Source: a virus (lineage: Duplodnaviria > Caudoviricetes). Taken from it: a DNA stretch of 64,000 nucleotides. Of this stretch, positions 38,767 through 47,827 are shown piece by piece (the stretch's first letter is position 1; every line of letters starts with the position of its first letter). Below the pieces are notes generated by a model. The model was not told where the DNA came from, ran no database searches, and worked only from the letters and a program-made list of their open reading frames with translations. The stretch spans positions 25,331-89,330 of IMG/VR virus record IMGVR_UViG_2737471636_000001; one strand, 5' to 3'. Made by a program: the position numbers and the translations under genes.

Positions 38767-39132
38767 TTGAAAAGATATTTGCTTGCAATCGCTTTGCTGG
38801 GTTCCTCATACAGCTACGCTGCCGGCCCTTACGATGGGATTTGGGCGATGTTCCCATATGGGTACTTAACAATCTCAGAACGAGACAATATTTTGATAGT
38901 TGTCACGCTTGTAACAGATGAAGAAGATGGTAAGTGGAGTGCTTATCAAGGAGGGAGAAATGGGAATTTCGCAAGATTACAGACAATATATGGCAATGCC
39001 CAAGTTATTGTTGATACAAGTTTTGACTCGTTAACTACAGCTAAAGCTACCATAGTTTCATGCGAACCCAATCCAGGATATATTTGCCTATTTCCACCCG
39101 GAACTGTTCTGAATGCTAGTAAGGTTTGGTAA
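38767..39132 (+). CDS. Secreted hypothetical protein
   Basis: RBS AGGAG, signal peptide, Cys pair. Confidence 0.65.
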   Translation: MKRYLLAIALLGSSYSYAAGPYDGIWAMFPYGYLTISERDNILIVVTLVTDEEDGKWSAYQGGRNGNFARLQTIYGNAQVIVDTSFDSLTTAKATIVSCEPNPGYICLFPPGTVLNASKVW

Positions 39133-39232
39133 TTTTTTATATTTAAATTCTCATACGACTCCTTTAAAAATCGGTTCCAATGAGAATGTTTCATTGTCTT
39201 ATACAACTTTGGCTCAAGGCCTGAATTAATGA

Positions 39233-39406
39233 TATTTTCTCATACACACGGAACATGGATGTTTCAGCAATTATGGTCAGACTTTCCTTTCATCAGAAAT
39301 TCTGAATTACGAAACCCCATCCTCGATATCAGAACCTTCAACTTATTGGATGTTGCTAGCTGGACTGGGATTATTGCGTTTTGTTTGCAAACCTAAGGTA
39401 ATTTAA
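39233..39406 (+). pseudogene. PEP-CTERM sorting-signal remnant
   Basis: ISEPSTYWMLLAGLGLLRFVCKPK*, with an in-frame stop upstream and no start codon. Confidence 0.6.
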
Positions 39407-39436
39407 AAAAAAGAAGCTGACTAGGATAACTGCAGA

Positions 39437-40357
39437 ATGCATTCAATCGCTCCCTATACACTCAGGTGCTACGATTCAAGTCTTCCTGGGAAAGATCATA
39501 CAGAAAAGTATTCCAAAACCAATTCCATACGATCTTTTGATCTTTTTGAACTTTTAAAAAAATTTATCGAATCAACAAACGAAAAATTCATTACAAATGA
39601 TGAGAGAAAAACGGTATTTAGATATGTTGGTTTTCAATTCGATCCTAATAAGAGACAAATATATGGATGGATTCAATCAGGTCATTATGGGCTCAAATCA
39701 GACATCATTAATGTAGACACCAGTGAGGTGGATTTCAGAAAAACTCAATCTAACGCTGACATAATTGATCATTTTATTCATATTAATTTGCCTATTAACC
39801 AAACCCAAGGAGTGGCTTTATTACATTTAGTTAGAGGATTGGGAACAAAAACTACTTTTTTTGAAAATTTTAGTGAATTCTTTAAAAAAGAAACAACACT
39901 AAGTCTTCAGATGAACCCTCTTTCATATGCAAAAGCTTTTGCGGCATGGAATGATGCAGTAGCTAAAGAAGTAAAATTAATTGGAACAAATAAAGATCCA
40001 ATTTTTAATGATCTTACTGATCAAATAAAAAATATCGTCAATAACGGGACAGGTGAAATGAAAATGATACTTATACCGGCAAGATCAGAAAATTATGGAA
40101 AATATAAAGATTTCTTTGTCGCCGGATCTAAAGAAAGTAAACTTATCGAAATTCTAGAACCATTGTCTGCTCGTGTCCAAGTTACTTTTGATAATCAACA
40201 TGGCAAAAAGCGAACCTTTAATTTTGGGCATAATTCCTCAAATACTATATCTGAGATTGATATACCGGATACTATAATCGATTTAAATTCTGGGGGTCCA
40301 AAACAGGAATTAATATTAAACTTGTGCAACGAAATTTCTAGTGAATTTTTCTCTTAA
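39437..40357 (+). CDS. Hypothetical soluble protein (candidate defence gene A)
   Basis: 306 aa AT-rich ORF in an operon with a TM protein. Confidence 0.7.
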   Translation: MHSIAPYTLRCYDSSLPGKDHTEKYSKTNSIRSFDLFELLKKFIESTNEKFITNDERKTVFRYVGFQFDPNKRQIYGWIQSGHYGLKSDIINVDTSEVDFRKTQSNADIIDHFIHINLPINQTQGVALLHLVRGLGTKTTFFENFSEFFKKETTLSLQMNPLSYAKAFAAWNDAVAKEVKLIGTNKDPIFNDLTDQIKNIVNNGTGEMKMILIPARSENYGKYKDFFVAGSKESKLIEILEPLSARVQVTFDNQHGKKRTFNFGHNSSNTISEIDIPDTIIDLNSGGPKQELILNLCNEISSEFFS

Positions 40358-40377
40358 CCATAAGAACGTAGACGAAA

Positions 40378-40923
40378 ATGAGTAGTAAAATTAATATCTG
40401 TGAGATTATTACAGGACACTTTGACACGTTAAGAGATACAGGAGATAACTTATCTAAAACCGACATTGTTACTTTTATATTGTTACCGTTTGTGATTGGG
40501 ATTATTTCGATATTCAATTCATTCAATCTTGACGCATCATTATCTTCATTATTAGTAAACTTTGGATCTATACTAACCGCGCTTTTGCTTTCAGTTCTAA
40601 TGCTTGTTTATGAACAAGAATCAAAGCTTGATTCCGCAGATAAAGATAAAATTACCGTACTAAAAAGAAAATTACTAAAAGAGCTCTATTACAATATTAG
40701 CTTCTCAATTATTTGCTCACTTTCGCTTGTTTTTATGTGCTTCCTGCATTCTGTCGCTTTGGGAACAATATGGAAATTTAATATCAAAGAGCATCTTTTA
40801 GAAATACCCATAGATACATGGTTTTTGACTCCACTAATAGTAATAGTAGCGGTTAATTTGGTTCTAAACATGCTGATGATTGTTAAGCGCATGCATACTT
40901 TGCTAACAGCGATTCCAAGATAA
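40378..40923 (+). CDS. Four-TM membrane protein (candidate defence gene B)
   Basis: 181 aa, four hydrophobic segments. Confidence 0.7.
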   Translation: MSSKINICEIITGHFDTLRDTGDNLSKTDIVTFILLPFVIGIISIFNSFNLDASLSSLLVNFGSILTALLLSVLMLVYEQESKLDSADKDKITVLKRKLLKELYYNISFSIICSLSLVFMCFLHSVALGTIWKFNIKEHLLEIPIDTWFLTPLIVIVAVNLVLNMLMIVKRMHTLLTAIPR

Positions 40924-41078
40924 AAAAAATGTCATGTAACAAAAGAACTTTGAGTATTTAATAAGCACATATTATTCAATTATATCCACGCCCAGTTAGT
41001 TTTCTTATCTGCCCTGCTTCTAAAACCATTTTAACGATGTTTTTAAGAGGGTATCTCCACAATCAACTTAGAAAACCT

Positions 41079-41099
41079 ACCCGACCAGCGGGTTTTTTA
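41079..41099 (+). terminator. Intrinsic terminator
   Basis: ACCCG-accag-CGGGT followed by T-tract. Confidence 0.65.
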
Positions 41100-41223
41100 T
41101 TGCCTGATGTTCAGCCCTACCCCAATTTCCCGACTAATCAAGATAATTTAGTACAAATGTGGGTTTGCGAACAGATACTATAAAAGTACTGCAATAAAGT
41201 GACTTATTTTAATAGGATAAGTT

Positions 41224-41466
41224 ATGAACTATTCATCATTGCAAATCCCCTCTAGACCATCACCAGATTACATTCCACCAACTGATCCTCAGCCTGAGAC
41301 TATACCGCCAGAACAAGAACCCCCCTTTGAATCACCCCCTGAAATAGAACCTCCTGAGAGAATCCCTCCAATCCGCGATCCAGAAATTCCCGTCCCTGAG
41401 GGGAATATTAATTTAGAAAACAAACCCGCCTCGGCGGGTTTTTTATTGTGCGCCATCGAACAGTAA
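41224..41466 (+). CDS. Proline-rich small protein
   Basis: RBS AGGA; box 41158-73 and TAAAGT -10; PEP-type repeats. Confidence 0.6.
   Translation: MNYSSLQIPSRPSPDYIPPTDPQPETIPPEQEPPFESPPEIEPPERIPPIRDPEIPVPEGNINLENKPASAGFLLCAIEQ
41422..41444 (+). terminator. Intrinsic terminator (near-identical copy at 45147-45170)
   Basis: AACCCGCC-TC-GGCGGGTTTT. Confidence 0.7.
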
Positions 41467-41521
41467 ATAATCACACAAAATTAGATAATAATTATTCCAT
41501 CCTTAAAAAGGAGTAAATATT

Positions 41522-41710
41522 ATGCAATTATCTAAATTAGGCGGCAGTGTTCCACCTCAACCTATTCCTCCTGAAGTTTTGCCAACAGTCAAAGACGCGC
41601 CAGAAAATCCTAAAGAAGATGATCCAGAATTAGAAATTCCAGATCAACCATTCCAACCGGATAAAGTTCCACCCTTAGAGGAGCAGGAACGAGATATTCC
41701 TCAAGAATGA
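41522..41710 (+). CDS. Proline/acidic small protein
   Basis: RBS AAGGAG; box 41447-62 and GATAAT -10. Confidence 0.65.
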   Translation: MQLSKLGGSVPPQPIPPEVLPTVKDAPENPKEDDPELEIPDQPFQPDKVPPLEEQERDIPQE

Positions 41711-41754
41711 TTATAAATACACAAAATAATTCTTAATTTCAGAGGAAAAAAATC

Positions 41755-41973
41755 ATGAAGAATATTCAAATCATCGATAAATCATTTGGTCAAAAAGTTG
41801 GAGAATGTGCAATATTGGTTGATCTAGAGAATGGACAAACAGATCAAAGTTTTATGGATTCTGCTTGGAAAAGAGCCGTTGCGGAAGGATGGGTTGATGA
41901 AAATTATCGAGAGAATTATGATATGGAAATAGTTGGCGATATGCCGCTAGATCATAAATCCGAGACTTTGTAA
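41755..41973 (+). CDS. Small acidic protein, paralog family member 1
   Basis: MKNIQII...AW..AV.EG.VDE..RENY. Confidence 0.8.
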   Translation: MKNIQIIDKSFGQKVGECAILVDLENGQTDQSFMDSAWKRAVAEGWVDENYRENYDMEIVGDMPLDHKSETL

Positions 41974-41996
41974 TACACTTTCAAGTCAATCACTAA

Positions 41997-42539
41997 CTAA
42001 TTATTAGGGTTATCTTTTCTCTGTTGAAGCACTTTCAATGCAATATGATAATCTTCATCCGAATCTGTAAGAATAACCCCATTGAATTTGATTATTTTTT
42101 TATTCTGAATATTTTTAAAGCTATATTCTAGGCATTCAAGCAGAGTTAAATTTTGTAATGCTGCAAGTATGGTCAGATATATAATCAGATAACACACTTC
42201 TTTTTTAATCTCTTTGTCCTTCCCCACCCTTTCCGATACCTTTCCTATGCTTGAAAGGATTATAACTAATACATAAAAAGGATTTTTAAATCTTTCATCC
42301 TTAACTTTCAATGGATAATCCAAGCATTCGACTAGAGAAATATTTCGCATTCTACAAATAATTATCAAGCTTATTAAGCAATCTCCAATTTCATCAGAAT
42401 CACTTTTACTCTTAACAATTACATCAGAAATTTTACCAAACTTTGAGATCATCATTAGAGTCTCTGACTGAATATCCGCGGGATTAACAAAATTTGACTC
42501 CTCGGCCCATTGAATAACACGCGGTATGAGATTTTTCAT
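41997..42539 (-). CDS. MazG-like domain protein (degenerate), paralog A
   Basis: WAEE.N, DEIGDCL..LII, L.ECL...F..IQNKK...NG pattern. Confidence 0.6.
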   Translation of the reverse strand: MKNLIPRVIQWAEESNFVNPADIQSETLMMISKFGKISDVIVKSKSDSDEIGDCLISLIIICRMRNISLVECLDYPLKVKDERFKNPFYVLVIILSSIGKVSERVGKDKEIKKEVCYLIIYLTILAALQNLTLLECLEYSFKNIQNKKIIKFNGVILTDSDEDYHIALKVLQQRKDNPNN

Positions 42540-42769
42540 TGTCTAATTTTTCCCTTAGATTTGTCCTGGTGAGCATATGATACCTTATCCATAATTTCTT
42601 CATGGGCAATATCTTCACACCACCAACCTTCGAATTCCGTCGAATTTACTGGGATTATATAAAGAGTGCGGATATACCCAACAGATAGCATAGGGCTTTG
42701 TAAGCAATCGCACAGAAGAATTTATTTATCCCTTCAAAATATACTTACTTTCCACTTATGGAGTTCATT

Positions 42770-42922
42770 ATGTTTACAGAAAGAAACAATATGAATAATA
42801 CTGAAAGTCAAAATGTTGAAGATTCACGTCCCACCAAGAAAAATATTTCTATAACAATGATCTTCGCAGTATTGCTTGCTTTTTCATTTATAGCATTAGG
42901 TATGTGGTGGTTTACAATGTAA
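42770..42922 (+). CDS. 50-aa membrane peptide (not in ORF track)
   Basis: RBS GGAG; MFTERNN...IFAVLLAFSFIALGMWWFTM; box 42699-42714 upstream, terminator ~42947-70 downstream. Confidence 0.65.
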   Translation: MFTERNNMNNTESQNVEDSRPTKKNISITMIFAVLLAFSFIALGMWWFTM

Positions 42923-43037
42923 AGCTCGCAATTAGCAAGTCATAATAACCGTCCCACAGGACGGTTTTTTATTCCTCTATTTTTTTCTCGCCTATTAATG
43001 CAATCTTCAAACTTGTATCGATGGGAGTTTAAGCATT

Positions 43038-43256
43038 ATGAAAAATGTTCAAATAATCGATAAATTATCCGGTCAAATAATTGCAGAATATCCGATATTT
43101 GTAGATCTCATTGATGACCCCGTAGATCAAGATTTTATGAATGATGCGTGGGATATTGCCGTGGAAGAGGGTTTGGTTGATGATGATGACCGCAAATGCT
43201 ATAAATTGGAAATATTGAGCGATATACCGCTAGATCATAGCTCAGATTCCTTGTAA
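43038..43256 (+). CDS. Small acidic protein, paralog family member 2
   Basis: Aligns end to end with 41755 ORF; RBS GGGAG. Confidence 0.8.
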   Translation: MKNVQIIDKLSGQIIAEYPIFVDLIDDPVDQDFMNDAWDIAVEEGLVDDDDRKCYKLEILSDIPLDHSSDSL

Positions 43257-43301
43257 TTCAGCTCTCCAATATTTTTTCGTTTGGATTAACTCCTTACTGA
43301 C

Positions 43302-44051
43302 ATGGGACCCAATTGCTGTATGACCTATGGCCTTGGCAAGCTTTATTTGATGGGATGCTTTTTGGTCATCAGTCTTTGTATAGCTCCAATTGCTTATGCG
43401 GATAAAACTGGTTTAACTAGTGGTAGACCTGAGCCCATGGTATTTGATCTCATTGATCCCCTCGGTGCCAAAAAAGGTGAATTCGAGATCAATACATTGA
43501 TGGATTATTCCCCTCGAACGGGTCAATTTCAGTGGTCACCGGAAATTGAGTACTCATTTGCAAAAGGTCATGCGATTGAACTTGAGCTTCCAGTAGAAAA
43601 CTCTACGTTGACTGCGTATAAAGTGTCATTGCAAGGCACACTTGGAGAACTATTACAGAAGAGAATGATTCACGGTTGGCAGATCATCGGTCGAAGAGAA
43701 AATAATGAAAAAGAGTTTGCTGGGGAAGCGCTCTACATTAATGATTACAAGTTCTCAGAAAAGTGGAGCACTATGAATATGATCGGTGCAAGGCACACGC
43801 GTTTTAATGAAGAGGGAGATTTTTTTTGTTTAGCGAATAACAGCGTGTTTTACCAGTATCATTTTCGCTTCGCCATTGGAATCGAGTTAAACAGCGAGAT
43901 CAGAAACCATTATCACTATCGACTAACACCGCAAATTCAATATGCTTTCACTAAAAAAGCTTTCATTCAGTTTGGCGGGGGGCCATCACAATTAAATGAT
44001 GAGAAAAGGACGGAATGGTTGATCACGACCCGCTTGGTATTCGATTTTTAA
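43302..44051 (+). CDS. Putative outer-membrane beta-barrel protein
   Basis: Signal peptide, alternating beta pattern, C-terminal Phe. Confidence 0.6.
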   Translation: MGPNCCMTYGLGKLYLMGCFLVISLCIAPIAYADKTGLTSGRPEPMVFDLIDPLGAKKGEFEINTLMDYSPRTGQFQWSPEIEYSFAKGHAIELELPVENSTLTAYKVSLQGTLGELLQKRMIHGWQIIGRRENNEKEFAGEALYINDYKFSEKWSTMNMIGARHTRFNEEGDFFCLANNSVFYQYHFRFAIGIELNSEIRNHYHYRLTPQIQYAFTKKAFIQFGGGPSQLNDEKRTEWLITTRLVFDF

Positions 44052-44138
44052 CTAATTTTGACAGATTTTCAGCTGCATTCCGAGAATTGATTGACTAAGT
44101 GAGCGTTATTACATTATTCATAGTTGTTATTTACAACC

Positions 44139-44160
44139 AACCCGCTATGGCGGGTTTTTT
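44139..44160 (+). terminator. Intrinsic terminator
   Basis: AACCCGC-tatg-GCGGGTT followed by T-tract. Confidence 0.7.
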
Positions 44161-44264
44161 ATTTTCTAAGATTAGTTAGAAATCGTACATATTATTCCTT
44201 TTTTATTTTTTAGACTATTTTCAACTGGTCATTTGCCAGTCAATTTCTTATAGAGGAACTACTC

Positions 44265-44612
44265 ATGAATACTAAAACTTCCAGAAATAAAGATAATGAT
44301 CAATCTGACAATACTTCTAATCGCGGCTTTGCTTCTATGGATCCGAAGAAACAACGTGACATAGCCAGTGAAGGTGGGCGTGCAGCTCATCAAAAAGGAA
44401 CGGCTCATGAGTTTGATTCAGATGAAGCTGCCGAGGCAGGTCGGAAAGGTGGTCAAGCGCAAGGAAAAAATCAATCCTCTTCAACTTTGCATCGAGGGCA
44501 AAGCAATAGAAATAATGAAAACGATGAGGATAGTGGCAACGCATCTTCTGCCCGTGGCGGTTCATCGCAACAACATGCTGAAGCCGGAAGACAGAGCCAC
44601 AAAAATAAATAA
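44265..44612 (+). CDS. KGG-repeat general stress protein (YciG/GsiB-like)
   Basis: RGFASMD..KQR.IAS.GG, HEFDSDEA.EAGRKGG; box 44174-89 and TAGACT -10. Confidence 0.9.
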   Translation: MNTKTSRNKDNDQSDNTSNRGFASMDPKKQRDIASEGGRAAHQKGTAHEFDSDEAAEAGRKGGQAQGKNQSSSTLHRGQSNRNNENDEDSGNASSARGGSSQQHAEAGRQSHKNK

Positions 44613-44655
44613 ACTTCCTTAGAAATATCTATCTCATGCACTAGAGGAAAATCGT

Positions 44656-44934
44656 ATGGATGAAATTAACAAAAACACAAAAGATTATCGGGATCCTTCT
44701 TCAAACAAAATGAAGAACCCGAGAGTATGGGTGTATGTATTGCTGGGTGTATTGTTATTTGCCGGAATAGGTACATGGATGGCATTAAGTGCTAACAACG
44801 CAAACAATGCATCAAGTAATTCAATTTCTTCTGGTTCGAATAATGATTCATTACAACAACCCGGAACTAATGCATATCGAGGTTTAAAGCCAGATGATTC
44901 TGCCTCGTCAAATTCAGGATCAGTTCAAAAATGA
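44656..44934 (+). CDS. Small single-TM protein
   Basis: RBS GAGGA; TM segment then Ser/Asn-rich tail. Confidence 0.65.
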   Translation: MDEINKNTKDYRDPSSNKMKNPRVWVYVLLGVLLFAGIGTWMALSANNANNASSNSISSGSNNDSLQQPGTNAYRGLKPDDSASSNSGSVQK

Positions 44935-45113
44935 GTAATATTTTATCAAATCTATGGGAGACTATTATGAATAACGAAATTAAAGAAAAAAGTAATTATG
45001 AAGTTAATACAATCACACAAGATTCTCAAGAAGATGTCGAAGCAGACTTTACATTAGATAATGAAAAGGAAAAAATATCACAAAATACAGATGACGATGG
45101 AAATGTAGTGTGA
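44931..45113 (+). CDS. Small acidic hypothetical protein
   Basis: Short ORF; real start probably the internal ATG after GGGAG. Confidence 0.45.
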   Translation: MSNILSNLWETIMNNEIKEKSNYEVNTITQDSQEDVEADFTLDNEKEKISQNTDDDGNVV

Positions 45114-45244
45114 GCAAAATTCGTCCAGTATTTAAAGTGAATTTTCAACCCGCCTCGGCGGGTTTTCTTTTGTGTGCAATCGAACAGATCAAAATAAACT
45201 CAATTTAGATAATGTATTTTTCATTCTTAAATGGGATAAGAATC

Positions 45245-45463
45245 ATGAAAAACATTCAAATTATTGAGAAGTCATCGGGTCATAAAATTGCTGAATATCC
45301 TTTCCTATTTGAATTTTATGAGGATCAAAGCGAGCAGGATTTTATTGATGATGCTTGGGAATTAGCTATGGAGGAAGGTCTAGTAGATGAAAGTTGCCGC
45401 GAAAATTATGATTTAGAAATTATTGGTGATATAACGCCAGATCAACAATCAGAATTTTTGTAA
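45245..45463 (+). CDS. Small acidic protein, paralog family member 3
   Basis: MKNIQIIEK...AWELAMEEGLVDE..RENY; box 45171-86 and GATAAT -10. Confidence 0.8.
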   Translation: MKNIQIIEKSSGHKIAEYPFLFEFYEDQSEQDFIDDAWELAMEEGLVDESCRENYDLEIIGDITPDQQSEFL

Positions 45464-45484
45464 TTTAATCATATTTGATAAATT

Positions 45485-46153
45485 ATGTGTGGTCGTTTCG
45501 CTTTGGACTATCCAGGTGCAGTACTGTCAGATTGGTATCAAACTGTAAAAATTCCCGATCTTTACAAACGATATAACATTGCGCCTGGAACAGATATTCT
45601 AATCATCCGAGAGACTTCCAAGGTCAGAGAAGGATCAATGGTACGTTGGGGATTTGTACCCAGGTGGGCGAAGGATTCTAATAATCTTCCTATGCTAAAT
45701 AATGTACGCGCCGAAAAGATTGCATCTAAACCAATATTCAAATCAGCTTTCATGCAGCAAAGATGCATTATCCCTGCATCTGGATTTTTTGAATGGAAAG
45801 CGCGACATAATGATAATCACAAGCAACCATTTTATATATCAACTGGAGATGGTTGTCCTGTTTCTTTTGCCGGAATTTGGGAGACAACCAGAATTAATGG
45901 AATTACTATTGAAAGCTGCGCAATAATTACCACAGAATGCAATGATTTAATGGGTCCTATCCATGATCGCATGCCAGTTATTCTTCCACCAGAGACGTTT
46001 ACCGCATGGCTTAACCCTTCACCACTTCCACGAGAGATTCTGAAATATTTTTTAAAACCATTTGTTTCAAAAAACATGACCGCTTGGCCGGTCTCAACAT
46101 CAATAAACAAATCTACGAACCAGGGAGAACAATTAATCCAGCCTATTAGTTGA
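45485..46153 (+). CDS. SOS response-associated peptidase (SRAP/YedK/HMCES family)
   Basis: MCGRF N-terminus, RYNIAP, RCIIPASGFFEW, IHDRMPVIL. Confidence 0.95.
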   Translation: MCGRFALDYPGAVLSDWYQTVKIPDLYKRYNIAPGTDILIIRETSKVREGSMVRWGFVPRWAKDSNNLPMLNNVRAEKIASKPIFKSAFMQQRCIIPASGFFEWKARHNDNHKQPFYISTGDGCPVSFAGIWETTRINGITIESCAIITTECNDLMGPIHDRMPVILPPETFTAWLNPSPLPREILKYFLKPFVSKNMTAWPVSTSINKSTNQGEQLIQPIS

Positions 46154-46325
46154 ATCTTATCAAAACGAGTAATTAATCAAGAAATAATACCCCCTCCCCG
46201 CTTATCAATTATTGCTAATACCACAAGCAAATACCTCTTCGTAAGAAAAATTCATGTTAAATACCTAACGGAATGAGCAAATTTAAAGAAGTATCATTAA
46301 TAATCAACTTTCAAAAGGAGTTCTC

Positions 46326-46523
46326 ATGTTTAAAAAAGTTATTGTTAAAGATAGAACATCGCGAGAATTAGTTAATGAATACTTAATTGAATTAAAACAG
46401 AATCTTTCAAGAGAAGAGATATTTAACCATGCCTGGCAAAAGATTGTTAACGATGGTTTAGTAGATGAATCTAATCGTGATAATTATTTTATGAAAATCC
46501 AAGACGAGAATCTAATAATCTAA
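46326..46523 (+). CDS. Small protein, paralog family member 4
   Basis: AWQKIVNDGLVDESNRDNY; RBS AAGGAG; box 46255-70 and TATCAT -10. Confidence 0.75.
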   Translation: MFKKVIVKDRTSRELVNEYLIELKQNLSREEIFNHAWQKIVNDGLVDESNRDNYFMKIQDENLII

Positions 46524-46723
46524 TTAATTGATCTTTACAAATCTAACCGTCGTGGTGGCGGATTTGTTGGCCGTAATCCTTATTCCCTTCTTTCCGTTTT
46601 TCTTCGCAATTAATCTAATTCCCACAAATTTTAGTGAATAATTTTATTATCTATAAATTGTTTGCTATCGAACAGTGAATTATTTGCCGTTAAAGGAAAA
46701 TGATTAATTAATAGGAGAAATAA

Positions 46724-46906
46724 GTGTTGAGAAGAGTTCGTATTGTTAAAAAAGCTACTGGCCAACAAGTAGCTGAATTTCCATTGCTACTAGATGACAA
46801 AGCATCAGAGCAATCATTTTTTGATAAAGCATGGTTTCGTGCAATTGATGAAGGATCTGTAATTGAGGCGAATAAAATTAATTATGAAATAGCGTTTACT
46901 GACTGA
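46724..46906 (+). CDS. Small protein, paralog family member 5
   Basis: GQQVAEFP...AWFRAIDEG.V.E..NY; RBS AGGAG; box 46659-74. Confidence 0.75.
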   Translation: MLRRVRIVKKATGQQVAEFPLLLDDKASEQSFFDKAWFRAIDEGSVIEANKINYEIAFTD

Positions 46907-47120
46907 ACTTTAATATCTCACGCTTTTTTTTGGAATTGTAATTAAATTTGCCTTATACCTCAAAATAATGCGGAGAACTAATCTTTGAATTCATTATTGA
47001 TACAACATACTTACAAATAATTATAATTTTAAGAAGATTAATGATGAAAAACTTAAATTTTTAGAATATATTACTCAGAAATAATGATCTTTTTTTCTGT
47101 AAATTTATGGATTATTTCTA

Positions 47121-47705
47121 ATGAATGATTTTTGTATTATAAACCAATTAGTTAAAGATAGTTTTGCAAATAATCATGCAATAGTAGTTATTCTCCAATC
47201 TAAGGAAAGAATACATCTTATTGAAGAATCGAAACAACTAGGCATTGATATTGAAGAATTAAAAAGTTCCGGACGGATTAAATTTTTTGATGCAGGGTTA
47301 TTCCTTTCTAATTTTGTTATCAGTGAAGCGCAGCTTGATACCGAAAATTTAAAAAATTCAATAAGTCATGCTATTAATAATTCAAAATTACACTTTAGCC
47401 AGGTTTTGTTAATAGATGGAATGATTGATATGCTTTTAAGAAAAGGAAACCAAGAATCTGCAGTTTTCCTTGAAAACCAAATACAAGCAATGGCTTCGCA
47501 ACAAGGGTTTGATTTATATATTTATGACTCTGTGGTTAAACCTGTCACTGCTAATGAATATTCGGAGTCATCTTCGGAAGAAAAATCCATTATGACATCC
47601 ATTGAAAATTCAGTAAGAAATGGGCTGGAAACAGCTGGAAATACTTTAGAAAATCTTGCAAAACCTTCACCTAGTAAACTTAAATCTTTTACGTTCCCAA
47701 TTTAA
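47121..47705 (+). CDS. MEDS-like sensory domain protein
   Basis: GIDIE....G.I.FFDA...L..F, GM.D.L...G....A..LE pattern. Confidence 0.55.
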   Translation: MNDFCIINQLVKDSFANNHAIVVILQSKERIHLIEESKQLGIDIEELKSSGRIKFFDAGLFLSNFVISEAQLDTENLKNSISHAINNSKLHFSQVLLIDGMIDMLLRKGNQESAVFLENQIQAMASQQGFDLYIYDSVVKPVTANEYSESSSEEKSIMTSIENSVRNGLETAGNTLENLAKPSPSKLKSFTFPI

Positions 47706-47827
47706 AAGAGTAAGTCACTTGTACGTAAATCTATTAGACATCAATAATCACAATTGATGTCTTTCTCACTTTAGAACCTTCACATTCCCTCAGATTTTTT
47801 GAATTTATACTCCCAGTTTTGTCACCA

